From Leptolyngbyaceae cyanobacterium (lineage in GTDB: Bacteria > Cyanobacteriota > Cyanobacteriia > Phormidesmidales > Phormidesmidaceae), in NCBI GenBank assembly GCA_965263355.1, contig CBDHHL010000041.1, positions 1-64,000 of the forward strand: 64,000 nucleotides of DNA, written 5' to 3'. The position numbers and the translations under genes were made by a program. Below the pieces are notes generated by a model. That model saw only the letters and a list, made by a program, of their open reading frames with translations, was not told the origin of the DNA and searched no databases. Shown one piece after another: positions 51,233 to 61,093 of the stretch. Position 1 is the first letter of the stretch; each line of letters starts with the position of its first letter.

Positions 51233-51929
51233 AGAATCTTTGAGGATAAACCAATGGATAATCTCTTCATCATTGGTTACTTGCTGCTTCTCTTCACAGC
51301 GAATGTAGCCTTAATGTGAGTCTTCAAATCGCCCCAGGCATGGCGTTAAACTGCCTGTGATGTTGATAACGGGAAAGACCATGGGCAAAAACGATGTAAC
51401 TAGGGATGAATACTTGGCCCTTGCTGGTCAGGTTGCTAACGGATTGTATGCGTGCACTGGGTTTCTCAATGAGCCTGACAATGTAGCCGAATGTGTTCTA
51501 AAGCGCACTGATGCTTTGGTTCAAAAGCTCAATGAGCGGTTTGCTCAAGAAGATTTTGAGACAAGTAGTGGCTATTATCGGCTTTAAGACCCCATGAATA
51601 ACATACCTGAGTTAAAAGAAGTCATCACCCGTGCAGCTGCCACTTACTTTAAGCGTCGGCCTTGGCAGATTGACACCATCCATAGCGATGGTGAATGGTA
51701 CGTGTACTACGCTCATTTGGCACCAGGCCCAGCAAGAGAACCCGTGCTAATCAAGCATAAGGCAATCGAAAGTAACGGCGAATTTTCAGTTGATGGATTC
51801 GTATTTGAACTTAACGATGACTGAATATAAAGCCGACGCAACAGGCGATTACAAAAACGACGTCGCTGAAACAACCGCGAGGTTATTAGCGATGGATCGG
51901 CTTAATGAAGATTCAAGCTCAAGCTCAAT

Positions 51930-52370
51930 CTAAACCCCACCCTCAACCTCACTAGTGTTGGTGCCTGGTGGCAGCCTAAACTCTATCTCAACTCTGCGTT
52001 GCCCGCGAGTTCTGGTTACACTGCCCACCGGTTGCCGTCTACCATCGGCAAAAACAACATAAGGACTTACCGTAGAACCTTCTTCAGCAGCTCTAGTAAA
52101 CGTGACTCTGCCCTTAGCCTTGCCATCCCTTGCGATATTTGTCACCTGAAAGGACGCAATACTTGACTGTGCTGCACCTGGCTCCACTGCATTAGGCGTT
52201 GTCTCGGCACTGTCATTCGCAGCGATAGTCGGCTGTGGCTCGCTAATGCTGCATATGCTTTCCAGGTTGATTAGTTCCCCCTGGGCTGTGATCATGTAGC
52301 AGAAAGGGTTAGCGATCGCAGGACTACTAACGCCAAGGGCCAGGATGGTAGGCAAAAAATATTTGAGCAT
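51930..52370 (-). CDS. Secreted cyanobacterial-type hypothetical protein
   Basis: Signal peptide, then PFCYMITAQGELINLESIC motif. Confidence 0.6.
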   Translation of the reverse strand: MLKYFLPTILALGVSSPAIANPFCYMITAQGELINLESICSISEPQPTIAANDSAETTPNAVEPGAAQSSIASFQVTNIARDGKAKGRVTFTRAAEEGSTVSPYVVFADGRRQPVGSVTRTRGQRRVEIEFRLPPGTNTSEVEGGV

Positions 52371-52403
52371 AGCTTGATATCTCATAAGGACAGTATAGCT
52401 ATA

Positions 52404-52572
52404 CTTCAGTGGCTGCAAACCCATCTCGGGATTAACGCCCGCTTCCTCGATGACGGAATTTCATAGACTTACCTTGACTCAGCCTTACTTTATACAGGGG
52501 CTAAGCCAAGGTTCAGCAGGCTTTACGAGAGCTTCGCAGTAGTGTGAATCTGTGGTGATACTTCCCCTGAAA
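52404..52572 (-). ncRNA. Candidate structured RNA downstream of the DUF4417 operon
   Basis: 13-bp stem CCTTGGCTTAGCC/GGCTGAGTCAAGG and enclosing CTGCGAA/TTTGCAG; G-U pairs work only on the minus strand. Confidence 0.4.
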
Positions 52573-52573
52573 G

Positions 52574-53104
52574 TTATCGAATATTCAACCCTAACTCTCT
52601 CAGCTGCCTAGGAGTGCTGCTACTGGCCTTAAGCGCTGCTGCTCTATCTGCATTGCTTGCTCCGTTCCACATGCGATTTAACTTGTACTTGCCTACTTCG
52701 TAGGCTTGTCTAGCAGTCGCCAGGGAATGCGATCCAATGCTCGTTCCCCCGCCTGCGTCAATGTCTTGTTTGAGATTACTGGCAAATGTCAGCGTTGCCA
52801 GAAAACCGCCGCCGGAAGAGTCAACCATTTGCGCCCGTGTTGGGTTGGCATAGCTAGCATTCCAGTCCATGCGGTCAAATGTTCCGTCGTTATCGAATAC
52901 TCTTAAGTTTTGGCCAGACACAATCTCGCTCATCGCCGCTGCCGCCGCATCGTTTGGCAGGGCTGAATTTAGTGTGATTTCTGAATTGGCTGCTATAGGC
53001 TCAAGTCTGCGCTCTGACTCAGCCGCCAAAAAAGTAGAGTCCGTTACAACCGCAGCTGTTGAACCACCCGCAGATCTACCCCCACCACCTGAACTTCTAC
53101 CCAT
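52574..53104 (-). CDS. MGRSSGGGGR-leader protein 2
   Basis: N-terminus MGRSSGGGGRSAGG. Confidence 0.65.
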   Translation of the reverse strand: MGRSSGGGGRSAGGSTAAVVTDSTFLAAESERRLEPIAANSEITLNSALPNDAAAAAMSEIVSGQNLRVFDNDGTFDRMDWNASYANPTRAQMVDSSGGGFLATLTFASNLKQDIDAGGGTSIGSHSLATARQAYEVGKYKLNRMWNGASNADRAAALKASSSTPRQLRELGLNIR

Positions 53105-53136
53105 GGCATCTACCTCGAATGGTTTTATCGCTAAAG

Positions 53137-53583
53137 TTAACTGTTGATTCTGACTATTGAATCCATCTGACTGCGCAACCGATTCAAGTTTGCCATTTGC
53201 TCAGCTGTCCCGCCTTTGTCTGGGTGAAACTGATTGCTCATCTCTCTATAAAAAGCTCGCACAGTCGACCTGGATGCCAGCTGAGCATCACTGACGCCAA
53301 AGTCCTCAAACCTAGCCAACTGAAAAGCGCCATCTCTCAACCAAATACCAGGTTCTGTTCTGCCATTCAAAGATTGTCGAATATCATTTGCGATTGCTTC
53401 TCCTGCCTGTCGTTTAACTCGAACATCTTCGAGCGACATTTCAGGCATAGACTGCTGGGCTTCAATTCTCCGCTTTATTGATGAAGAAAGCACGTCGCCC
53501 CCACTCGTCGCAGTCGTCGCAGTCGTACCAGCGCTTCTACCCCCGCCTGAACTTCTACCCCCTCCTCCACTGCTTCTACCCAC
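53137..53583 (-). CDS. MGRSSGGGGR-leader protein 1 with C-terminal J-domain-like motif
   Basis: N-terminus MGRSSGGGGRSSGG; YREMSNQFHPDKGGTAEQMANLN (HPD motif). Confidence 0.7.
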   Translation of the reverse strand: MGRSSGGGGRSSGGGRSAGTTATTATSGGDVLSSSIKRRIEAQQSMPEMSLEDVRVKRQAGEAIANDIRQSLNGRTEPGIWLRDGAFQLARFEDFGVSDAQLASRSTVRAFYREMSNQFHPDKGGTAEQMANLNRLRSQMDSIVRINS

Positions 53584-54781
53584 TGTAGTTCCCTCTTATA
53601 GAATCACTGTGTTCTAGTTGTAAAATCCATTGACTAGGCGCGTCCTTGAACGTTGTTGGCCTTGCCCCATAGACTAACAAAACACAATCTTCTGTTCCAG
53701 TGTAGTCAACAATTGCCTGCCAGTCCTTCATAGTGGCGTCGTAACCGGCAACGTTGCCATCATCGAAGCTGGCAAGATATCGAGTCGCAAAGTAGCGCCA
53801 TTCTTTTGGCACTCCAAGGAAATTTAGGTCATGAAGATGGGGTGACGTGTTCACATCCACCCACACCCTAACCCCATGCTGCTGCCAATAGCGGGCTAAC
53901 CATCGCTTTTTATAAATATCTGTCATGGCCAACGCTCGTGGCATATTCGCCCAGGTACTAAAGTTTGGCTCAATTACTGCGCTGCAGCCAGTCTCTAGTA
54001 GGCCGTCGGGATTGTTCCATACTGCATTAAATTTATAGTCGTCAGTGTAGAAGTGAATGCCGCCATCGTGCGTGGCTGTCCTCTGCTGAACCCCCCACTT
54101 TAGCCAGTCAATATCTGTCGTATCAGGCTGCATGTTGGGGTCTAGGTCAGGAATGCCCCAGTCGTTGGACGACGGGAATATGTCGTTGGGTTCGGAGTCG
54201 GAGTTTGACTCACTGTCATCTTCACTACCACTGCCCCTATCACCCTGGCCATTTTCATCGCTTATCTGTTCCAGCAATAGATCCAAATCATCCCCATCCA
54301 CTGTTACGGGTAACGAATCAGCCTGGGCTAATCGCTCAAGCAATTCCAAATACTCAGCAGGATTGTATAGCCCAGAGATATCCAGCGCAGTGAAATCCCC
54401 GCCCGCCATAGTGAGGCTATTGTGGTCCAGGCTGTATGCCAATCCTTCGGCTTCGGTGGCACTGTTGCCCCCAACGATGCAAGGCACGGCCCAATCACCT
54501 GATTCGGTGAGTTTGATATAGGCTGGTGGATTCTGGTCTTGTTGGTACATCCATAACAGCGACTCTAACCTGCCGTTCCCCTCGGCGATTCCACCTTTGC
54601 CATTGTTCAGCGTGGCATCTATGGCTAGTGGGTCTCGGAAGCCATAGCGTCTGATCGAGGTAGCGATCGCGCCAATGTCGTGACGTTTTGCATTGCCTTC
54701 TAGAAACTTCTCTGAGAGTTCGGAGAGTAGCAAGTACTCTATGGATAGCTGAGGGGGATTAGCAGCGACTGTGGTGACCAT
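53576..54781 (-). CDS. ParB-like N-terminal domain fused to DUF4417
   Basis: NAKRHD..IATSIRRYGFRDPLAID..IAEGNGR; IHFYTDDYKFNAVWNNP, EPNFS, YKKRWLARYWQQHGVRV. Confidence 0.8.
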   Translation of the reverse strand: MVTTVAANPPQLSIEYLLLSELSEKFLEGNAKRHDIGAIATSIRRYGFRDPLAIDATLNNGKGGIAEGNGRLESLLWMYQQDQNPPAYIKLTESGDWAVPCIVGGNSATEAEGLAYSLDHNSLTMAGGDFTALDISGLYNPAEYLELLERLAQADSLPVTVDGDDLDLLLEQISDENGQGDRGSGSEDDSESNSDSEPNDIFPSSNDWGIPDLDPNMQPDTTDIDWLKWGVQQRTATHDGGIHFYTDDYKFNAVWNNPDGLLETGCSAVIEPNFSTWANMPRALAMTDIYKKRWLARYWQQHGVRVWVDVNTSPHLHDLNFLGVPKEWRYFATRYLASFDDGNVAGYDATMKDWQAIVDYTGTEDCVLLVYGARPTTFKDAPSQWILQLEHSDSIRGNYSG

Positions 54782-54822
54782 GGCGGCGATTTGCTAGGAT
54801 TCTGTATATAGTAGCAAGTACT

Positions 54823-55368
54823 TTGCTTGTACCTTATCTGTACTTCAACGTGGGCGGGAAACCAATTAATTGGCCTCATTGGCGAAAGGAGTTTGTGCAA
54901 GGCGGGGACGAGATCACCCTGACAGCTTTATCTAAGCGTCCGCATTCACCTGCGCTACAGACATTTAAGAATAAGTCCGCAGAAGAGAACTGGGACGAAC
55001 AGCGTAAGCGTTATCGGCGTGAGCTGGAAAGTCGAGGTGCTTATGATTCTGCGAAAGACGAGATTAAGCCCGAAATTGCTGCTGCCATTGATCGGACGGA
55101 GAAGATAATTGACACCGCCGAGATGCTTACTCAACACAATGCGATCGCTAAAGCATTGATCGGGATAGGTGCTGCGGGCATTAAAGAGTTTCAGCTAAAT
55201 AATTTTGCTAAGGCAAAACAGATGAAGCCCCGAGAGCTTTTAGAATTCGCTAAGTTTGGCATAGAAATGCAGCGCATTATCGAAGGCATGGCCACCAGCA
55301 AAACAGAAATAGATTTCAAGGGCATGTCTGACGCGGAATTAAACGCAATTATTGATGGCGACACTTAG
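54823..55368 (+). CDS. Terminase small subunit (putative)
   Basis: Overlaps the TerL start; C-terminal IDFKGMSDAELNAII. Confidence 0.65.
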   Translation: MLVPYLYFNVGGKPINWPHWRKEFVQGGDEITLTALSKRPHSPALQTFKNKSAEENWDEQRKRYRRELESRGAYDSAKDEIKPEIAAAIDRTEKIIDTAEMLTQHNAIAKALIGIGAAGIKEFQLNNFAKAKQMKPRELLEFAKFGIEMQRIIEGMATSKTEIDFKGMSDAELNAIIDGDT

Positions 55369-56878
55369 AGATCGGGCGCTAGCGGAGAAGGAACGGCGTA
55401 GGCGACTGCGGGAAAAAGAGACGGGGAATGGAGTTATCAAGCCCCCATGGCCTGAGTTCGCTAGGCAGACTCGCATCAGATCAGGCCGCAATCTAGTTCC
55501 GTTTGACCCATATCCGTATCAAATAGCTTTTATTGAACAAGTAGAAAAGCACTATGGCACGGTTGCTATCAAGTCTCGGCAGATGGGATTTACTGAGACC
55601 ATAGCTAATTACTTTTTATGGAAGGCCTTTAGAGACCCTGGCTACCTCTCCGTCATCTTTTCTAAAAACCAAAGCGATACAGCCAACATCGCTAAGCGTG
55701 TCCGCTTAATGATCTCATCAAGATCTGACCTATCCTTAGCGACTGACAGCCTTCAAGACTTGACGCTAGTGGACGGAGGTCGGCTGTTATTTAAGCCAGC
55801 AACGCCCAATGCGGCAAGAAGTTTAGAATCTGTCTCAGACATATTATTTGATGAAGCAGCCTTTGTTGATGGGATTGAGGGCATCTATTCAGCTGCCATG
55901 CCATCAACAGAAATGCTAGGCGATGCCGCCAGGATAATTATTTTGAGCACTCCCAACGGACAATCTGGGTTTTATTGGGACCGAGTGAATGAAGCAAATG
56001 GGGATATTAGCATTATTGAAGCCTGCCAAAATGCTCGGGTTGGTGAACCGGTAAAGTATTGGACCGATCAAGGGGGATGGTGCAAGTTTTTAGCGCACTG
56101 GAGAGCCCATCCAGTTTATTCAAAAAAACCAGATTATCTGGAGGGTTTGGCGACGCAAAAGCGGATGCCAGCATCCAAAATCGAGCAAGAATACGACTTA
56201 AGTTTCACTAAGTCTCAAGAAGGCAGGTTGATCAAGAAATTTGATGAGAACCGTCACGTATTGCGTGGGTTTGATTCAATACTCTGTACATATGACAATA
56301 AGCTGCCGCTTCATTTAATTTTCGACTTCAACCGATCACCGGCTACGGCATTAGTAGGCCAGCAGCATACATCGGAGTTGAGAGTGATTCACGAATTTTG
56401 TTTTTGGGATTCAGATACCTTTGAATTGGCTGAGAATGTATGCCTATGGGTTAAAGGCATTGGGCACCAAGGTCCCTGCTATATCTATGGAGATGCTACT
56501 GGGCGCAATCCTAGCGCCAACAGCAGACAAACGAACTGGCAGATTGTATGGAGTAAGCTGGCCGCCCATGGGATAAGAGCATTTAAGCGCTACAAAAACT
56601 CGAATCCATCTGTTGCGGACAGTGTTTTGAGTCTAGAGTATGCGTTTGAGATAGACAAAGTTTTCATCAATGGCGAGGCTTGCCCCGAGTTGATAGCGGA
56701 CTTGAATACTGTCAAGGGCAAAGATGGAGGTATTGCTAAGATTGACAAGTCTGATCCTAAACGTACTCATTGGCTGGATGAATTAAGATACTGGGTGGAC
56801 AGCCTTATGCCATATCGTGGCAATCAAGCCAACAGGCCACGCGAAGCCCGTCAACGACTGAAAGGAATTGTCAGCTAA
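55352..56878 (+). CDS. terL: Terminase large subunit
   Basis: PYPYQ, KSRQMGFT, ILFDEAAF, STPNG, IFDFN, HWLDELRY. Confidence 0.93.
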   Translation: MMATLRDRALAEKERRRRLREKETGNGVIKPPWPEFARQTRIRSGRNLVPFDPYPYQIAFIEQVEKHYGTVAIKSRQMGFTETIANYFLWKAFRDPGYLSVIFSKNQSDTANIAKRVRLMISSRSDLSLATDSLQDLTLVDGGRLLFKPATPNAARSLESVSDILFDEAAFVDGIEGIYSAAMPSTEMLGDAARIIILSTPNGQSGFYWDRVNEANGDISIIEACQNARVGEPVKYWTDQGGWCKFLAHWRAHPVYSKKPDYLEGLATQKRMPASKIEQEYDLSFTKSQEGRLIKKFDENRHVLRGFDSILCTYDNKLPLHLIFDFNRSPATALVGQQHTSELRVIHEFCFWDSDTFELAENVCLWVKGIGHQGPCYIYGDATGRNPSANSRQTNWQIVWSKLAAHGIRAFKRYKNSNPSVADSVLSLEYAFEIDKVFINGEACPELIADLNTVKGKDGGIAKIDKSDPKRTHWLDELRYWVDSLMPYRGNQANRPREARQRLKGIVS

Positions 56879-57270
56879 TGCATCAAGGGGAGGTAACTTT
56901 AATGAGCGCAGTAACTAACTTGATTTGCGCATACGGACTTTGCGCAAATGATCTTAATAATGAAAAGATCCTAGAAAAGATAAATGAATGCTGCCCAGCT
57001 TTTGGCAAGTTAACACATATTGATAGCAATACATTGCCAGACGGATGGTATGCCAATGGCAAATCTGCAGAAACCAATATTGCCATTGGCACGTTCAACC
57101 ATCTAGATATCGATCAATGGGTTTTAAATATTCGCGAAACTATCCCACTTATCGACGCCTTTGAGTGCGACTATGTGCAATTCATCGTAAGTGACGACAA
57201 TTCAGAAGGCTTTGGGATAATCAATGTTTTATCGACAGAGCAATTCAACCCGTTCAAAGGATACTCCTAA
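56878..57270 (+). CDS. Hypothetical protein inserted between terL and portal
   Basis: 130-aa ORF in the operon. Confidence 0.5.
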   Translation: MHQGEVTLMSAVTNLICAYGLCANDLNNEKILEKINECCPAFGKLTHIDSNTLPDGWYANGKSAETNIAIGTFNHLDIDQWVLNIRETIPLIDAFECDYVQFIVSDDNSEGFGIINVLSTEQFNPFKGYS

Positions 57271-57274
57271 CACT

Positions 57275-59020
57275 ATGCCACCCACCCTCAAACAACTTGT
57301 CCGACGTCATTCTGAGCATGAAAAATATGCAGAACAATGGACCCTGCTGTCTGCATTGGCGGAGGGTGGATGTGCGGTCGATGACAACGTAAAAAAGAAG
57401 TTACTCATTAATCCTGACGATGCAGAGCCCGATGTTTATAACACTCGGATCAGACTAGCCCCCTACGAGCCTATTATGGGCTCAATCCTGATGAAGCTGG
57501 TTAGCCAAATTGCGCAGGATCAGGCCAGTTATGAAGGCAGCACTGATCCATTCTGGGAAGATGAGTTTTTCCCTAATGGCGTACTGAGTGATGAGGAATC
57601 TGACCCACGTCAATCACTACAGTCGCTGCTGATCAGAGAAATGCTACAGGGCTTGGTTCAGGGCAAGATGATTGCCCAGGTTGATACTGTCAACGCTGAG
57701 GGGGAAACTCTTGCAGAACAGCAGGCCAATGGAGGAGATTCAGCCTATGTCGTGCTTAGAAGGCGTGAGGAATTATGGGATTGGGCAAGTGACAACCAGG
57801 GTTTAATTTACGCCAAGCTCCATACTTATCGAGAGGAGAGACCGTCTTGGGACGCTAAGCCTGTGCGGCTGCATGAATTCCAGATTTATCAACGCGAGAG
57901 TAACGGACAAATCACGACATCGGTCTATACCGTTCGCAACTCTCAGGATGACAAGGCCGTTGATTACAGTAGCATGCCTAGCTTTGGCTGGAAAGATTTG
58001 CTAGCGCTAAGCGAGAGCAATGCAGTTATTGACGCGAAGGTGGAGGATCAACCGATCTTTTCAACTACATCAGGACTATTCCGGTTCCCTGTCATCTGTC
58101 GTTCTATCCCGAAGCCATTGGTTATTGCTGATCAGCTATATGATCTGGTCAAATCACACTATAACCACGTTGCCGGTGGTGAATGGGCACTGGTTCAAAC
58201 CAATTATGCAATGCCTGTGTTCACTGGTGTAGACTACCCACACGAAGAGGGCAACAACAATCCTGCACGATTTCAAAAAGCAGGCAATGGGTCCTGGTGG
58301 GAACTGCCGCTTGGTGTTGACTGCAAATGGCTTGTTCGTCCGGGAAGTGATATCCAGCTCAGCCTTGACTACCAGGATAGGCAAAAGCAAAAAATGCTAG
58401 ACCTGGTGCATAAAATTGCAGAGACTGCCGCCAATGCTTATGCAATGCGGATGCAGTCAGGTGAATCCAAAAAAGAAGGCAGGCGCGACCTGGATATATT
58501 GCTAGAAGTTTACGGGGAAGAACTCAGGGGCTTTGCTAAGTCGATTCTGGATGCGGCCTCAATTGTTCGCAATGAAGATACTGAGTGGAGGGTGAACGGA
58601 TTCACCGACTACAACACCACTGGTCTGATGGAGGCATTGCAGGAATACACAGCCCTGGATCAAGCTGGGATTGATAGCGATACACTGAAGCGTGAGAGCA
58701 GGATTGCGATTGCCAATAAAGCAGTGGCTAGTCTCAACCTGTCGCCTACGATTGTGTCGGCGATCGCTGATGAGATTGGGGAAGATTCGCCATTTACACT
58801 GCAGCCAGAAGGTATGAATGCATTGGTGCAATTGGCTGGAGCTAACTTGATATCTCCTGGTGATTTGCATCAAATATTCCAGAAAGCTGGCATCATTCCG
58901 CCTGACATGGATTTGATGGCATTACTGAGAAACCTGGGGTTAGAGCCTGGACTACCACAGACAGATAATCCAGTGTTGGCAGGTGAAGTTAATGGCAATG
59001 GAGCCGTGAATAATGCCTAA
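57275..59020 (+). CDS. Portal protein
   Basis: About 580 aa after terL; EPDVYNTRIRLAPY, QSGESKK motifs. Confidence 0.8.
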   Translation: MPPTLKQLVRRHSEHEKYAEQWTLLSALAEGGCAVDDNVKKKLLINPDDAEPDVYNTRIRLAPYEPIMGSILMKLVSQIAQDQASYEGSTDPFWEDEFFPNGVLSDEESDPRQSLQSLLIREMLQGLVQGKMIAQVDTVNAEGETLAEQQANGGDSAYVVLRRREELWDWASDNQGLIYAKLHTYREERPSWDAKPVRLHEFQIYQRESNGQITTSVYTVRNSQDDKAVDYSSMPSFGWKDLLALSESNAVIDAKVEDQPIFSTTSGLFRFPVICRSIPKPLVIADQLYDLVKSHYNHVAGGEWALVQTNYAMPVFTGVDYPHEEGNNNPARFQKAGNGSWWELPLGVDCKWLVRPGSDIQLSLDYQDRQKQKMLDLVHKIAETAANAYAMRMQSGESKKEGRRDLDILLEVYGEELRGFAKSILDAASIVRNEDTEWRVNGFTDYNTTGLMEALQEYTALDQAGIDSDTLKRESRIAIANKAVASLNLSPTIVSAIADEIGEDSPFTLQPEGMNALVQLAGANLISPGDLHQIFQKAGIIPPDMDLMALLRNLGLEPGLPQTDNPVLAGEVNGNGAVNNA

Positions 59021-59279
59021 ACAAATAACTCAATGGCAGTGCGAAATCTGCGGGCATTCCGTTCCAGGATGGACAGAGGCTGATGCTATGGAGTGTGAGG
59101 CTTCTCATGTGAGGATACAGCAAATTAAGGAACTGCACTACGCATATCCAGGAGACAAATACCCATCTAAAATCACCATCCTATTCAGTGATGGGAAATG
59201 CCAAGAATTCATCAGTAACCTGGGCTTAGAACCTGGGTTACCACAAACGAATAATCCAGTGTTGGCAGGAGATGAGTGA
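59013..59279 (+). CDS. Small Cys-containing protein ending in a copy of the portal C-terminus
   Basis: WQCEICG...CEASH; ends NLGLEPGLPQTNNPVLAG. Confidence 0.55.
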   Translation: MPKQITQWQCEICGHSVPGWTEADAMECEASHVRIQQIKELHYAYPGDKYPSKITILFSDGKCQEFISNLGLEPGLPQTNNPVLAGDE

Positions 59280-60141
59280 AGCCATCACCATAGACAGTGC
59301 CTCATACACCGAGGAAGAGTTAGCGGAACTTCTCGGTATAGACTCACTCGACTCGTTATCTCAATCTGAGTTAGAGGCGCTGCTAGATGAAGCAAATGAC
59401 GGGCTCCCAAGGCAATTGTCAGAATTCATAGCAGCTACTGCGATCGCTTCAGCCCTAGCACTGCTAAACACTCGTGGCCCAGGGGTTCGTTACTTTATCC
59501 CACGCGAAGAGTACTATCGTGGCCGCCGTCCTGTCCCACAACAACGCATCGATCAGTTAGTCGCCAGTCACCGACGTCAGGCATCACAGCGCACGCTACA
59601 ACATGCCAGGGATTTACTGAATAAGCGGATCAGCCTGCGTGAATATCATGAACGGATGGCCAGGGATATTGTGAATGGACACGTTCGCATGATGGAGCTA
59701 GGTGCTGGCGGTCGGCGCAGGATGACCCGTGGGCACTGGGCAAGGCTACAAGAGCAACTGTATGGCGATGGCCCAGGACGGGGAGACCTGAACCGGCTAA
59801 GACAGCATGTTGAGCGAATCAGGCTAGGAGAACTGTCTGACGCTCAGATCAGGGACAGGTCTAGGCGATATGGGGCGAATACAGCGCCTAGCTATCAAGA
59901 TGGGCGGCATGTAACGCTAGCACAATCGGGCCAGCAATGGGAGGGGCGACGGTTCTTGGGGAACGTGCCTAGACATTGCCCTGACTGCCCCGACTTGCAG
60001 GTATTCGAATGGTCCCCTATTGATCAAGTAACACCTATTGGTAATGATTGCCGGTGCCGATCAAATTGCGCCTGTACCCTGGAAGTCAGGCGCATCAACA
60101 GCTTAGATGGATTTGACGTTAGAAATTTTCGTCTAGCTTAG
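59272..60141 (+). CDS. Head morphogenesis / minor head protein
   Basis: After the portal; C-terminal HCPDC...CRCRSNCAC motif. Confidence 0.7.
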   Translation: MSEAITIDSASYTEEELAELLGIDSLDSLSQSELEALLDEANDGLPRQLSEFIAATAIASALALLNTRGPGVRYFIPREEYYRGRRPVPQQRIDQLVASHRRQASQRTLQHARDLLNKRISLREYHERMARDIVNGHVRMMELGAGGRRRMTRGHWARLQEQLYGDGPGRGDLNRLRQHVERIRLGELSDAQIRDRSRRYGANTAPSYQDGRHVTLAQSGQQWEGRRFLGNVPRHCPDCPDLQVFEWSPIDQVTPIGNDCRCRSNCACTLEVRRINSLDGFDVRNFRLA

Positions 60142-60229
60142 CTATAATTAGGGCAGCTCTTGAGTTTGCGTCAACATCCCCAAGAGCCTACCAAACCCTT
60201 AATGCAATAAGGATCTGGATTAACTGATT

Positions 60230-61093
60230 ATGACAGAAATACCATATCGGGTCATAGACCTAAGAGGCCAAAGGTTTGGCAAACTTTTAGTTGATACATT
60301 CACCAAGACAACGCCAGAAAGTGGTGCTCATTGGATTTGCAAATGCGACTGCGGTAAAAACATTGAATTGTCGTCCAGATCTCTTAAAAAAGACAAGCGG
60401 AAATCATGCGGGTGTTTAATACCTGAGTTTTACAGGCGAGCTGGACTAAAAAAAGTTAAAGACCTTAAAGGAAAGCGCTTTGGAACCCTGACTGCAACCA
60501 AGCATCTTGGCAAAATCAATGCCAAAAGTAGAACTCATTATTGGGAGTGTAGATGCGATTGTGGCGCAATCACTAAAGTTTCTTCCAGCAATTTAATTGG
60601 TGGCGCTGTCAGGAATTGCGGTTGCATCAGAACACGAAAAACATCAGAGAGAAATTCGACCCATAAGCTTTCCAAGAGCAGGGAATACATTATTTGGGCG
60701 TCAATGCTGACCAGATGTAGCAATCCCAAAAGAGATTCTTGGGAAAACTATGGAGGCCGAGGGATCAGGGTATGTGACCGCTGGCTAAAATTCGAGAATT
60801 TTCTCCAAGACATGGGTAAAGCCCCATCGGGAAAACATACATTAGACCGAATCAACAATGACGGGAATTATAGTCCTAGCAATTGCCGATGGGCCACTAT
60901 GTCGCGTCAAGCCAGAAACAGGCGCAGCACCCGCATGGTCACTTATAACGGCCAAACCAAAGCTGTGTCTGATTGGGCGGACGAATACGGATTAACGCTT
61001 TCATGCTTAACGTCAAGACTTGATGCAAACAAATGGTCAGTCAAGCACTGTCTTACTACCCCTAAGGGCCAAATCAGGCTGACAAAGGGGTGA
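60230..61093 (+). CDS. HNH homing-endonuclease-like protein
   Basis: Two G.RFG.L/W.C.CDCG repeats; YGGRGIRVCDRW; TLDRINNDGNYSPSNCRWAT. Confidence 0.9.
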   Translation: MTEIPYRVIDLRGQRFGKLLVDTFTKTTPESGAHWICKCDCGKNIELSSRSLKKDKRKSCGCLIPEFYRRAGLKKVKDLKGKRFGTLTATKHLGKINAKSRTHYWECRCDCGAITKVSSSNLIGGAVRNCGCIRTRKTSERNSTHKLSKSREYIIWASMLTRCSNPKRDSWENYGGRGIRVCDRWLKFENFLQDMGKAPSGKHTLDRINNDGNYSPSNCRWATMSRQARNRRSTRMVTYNGQTKAVSDWADEYGLTLSCLTSRLDANKWSVKHCLTTPKGQIRLTKG

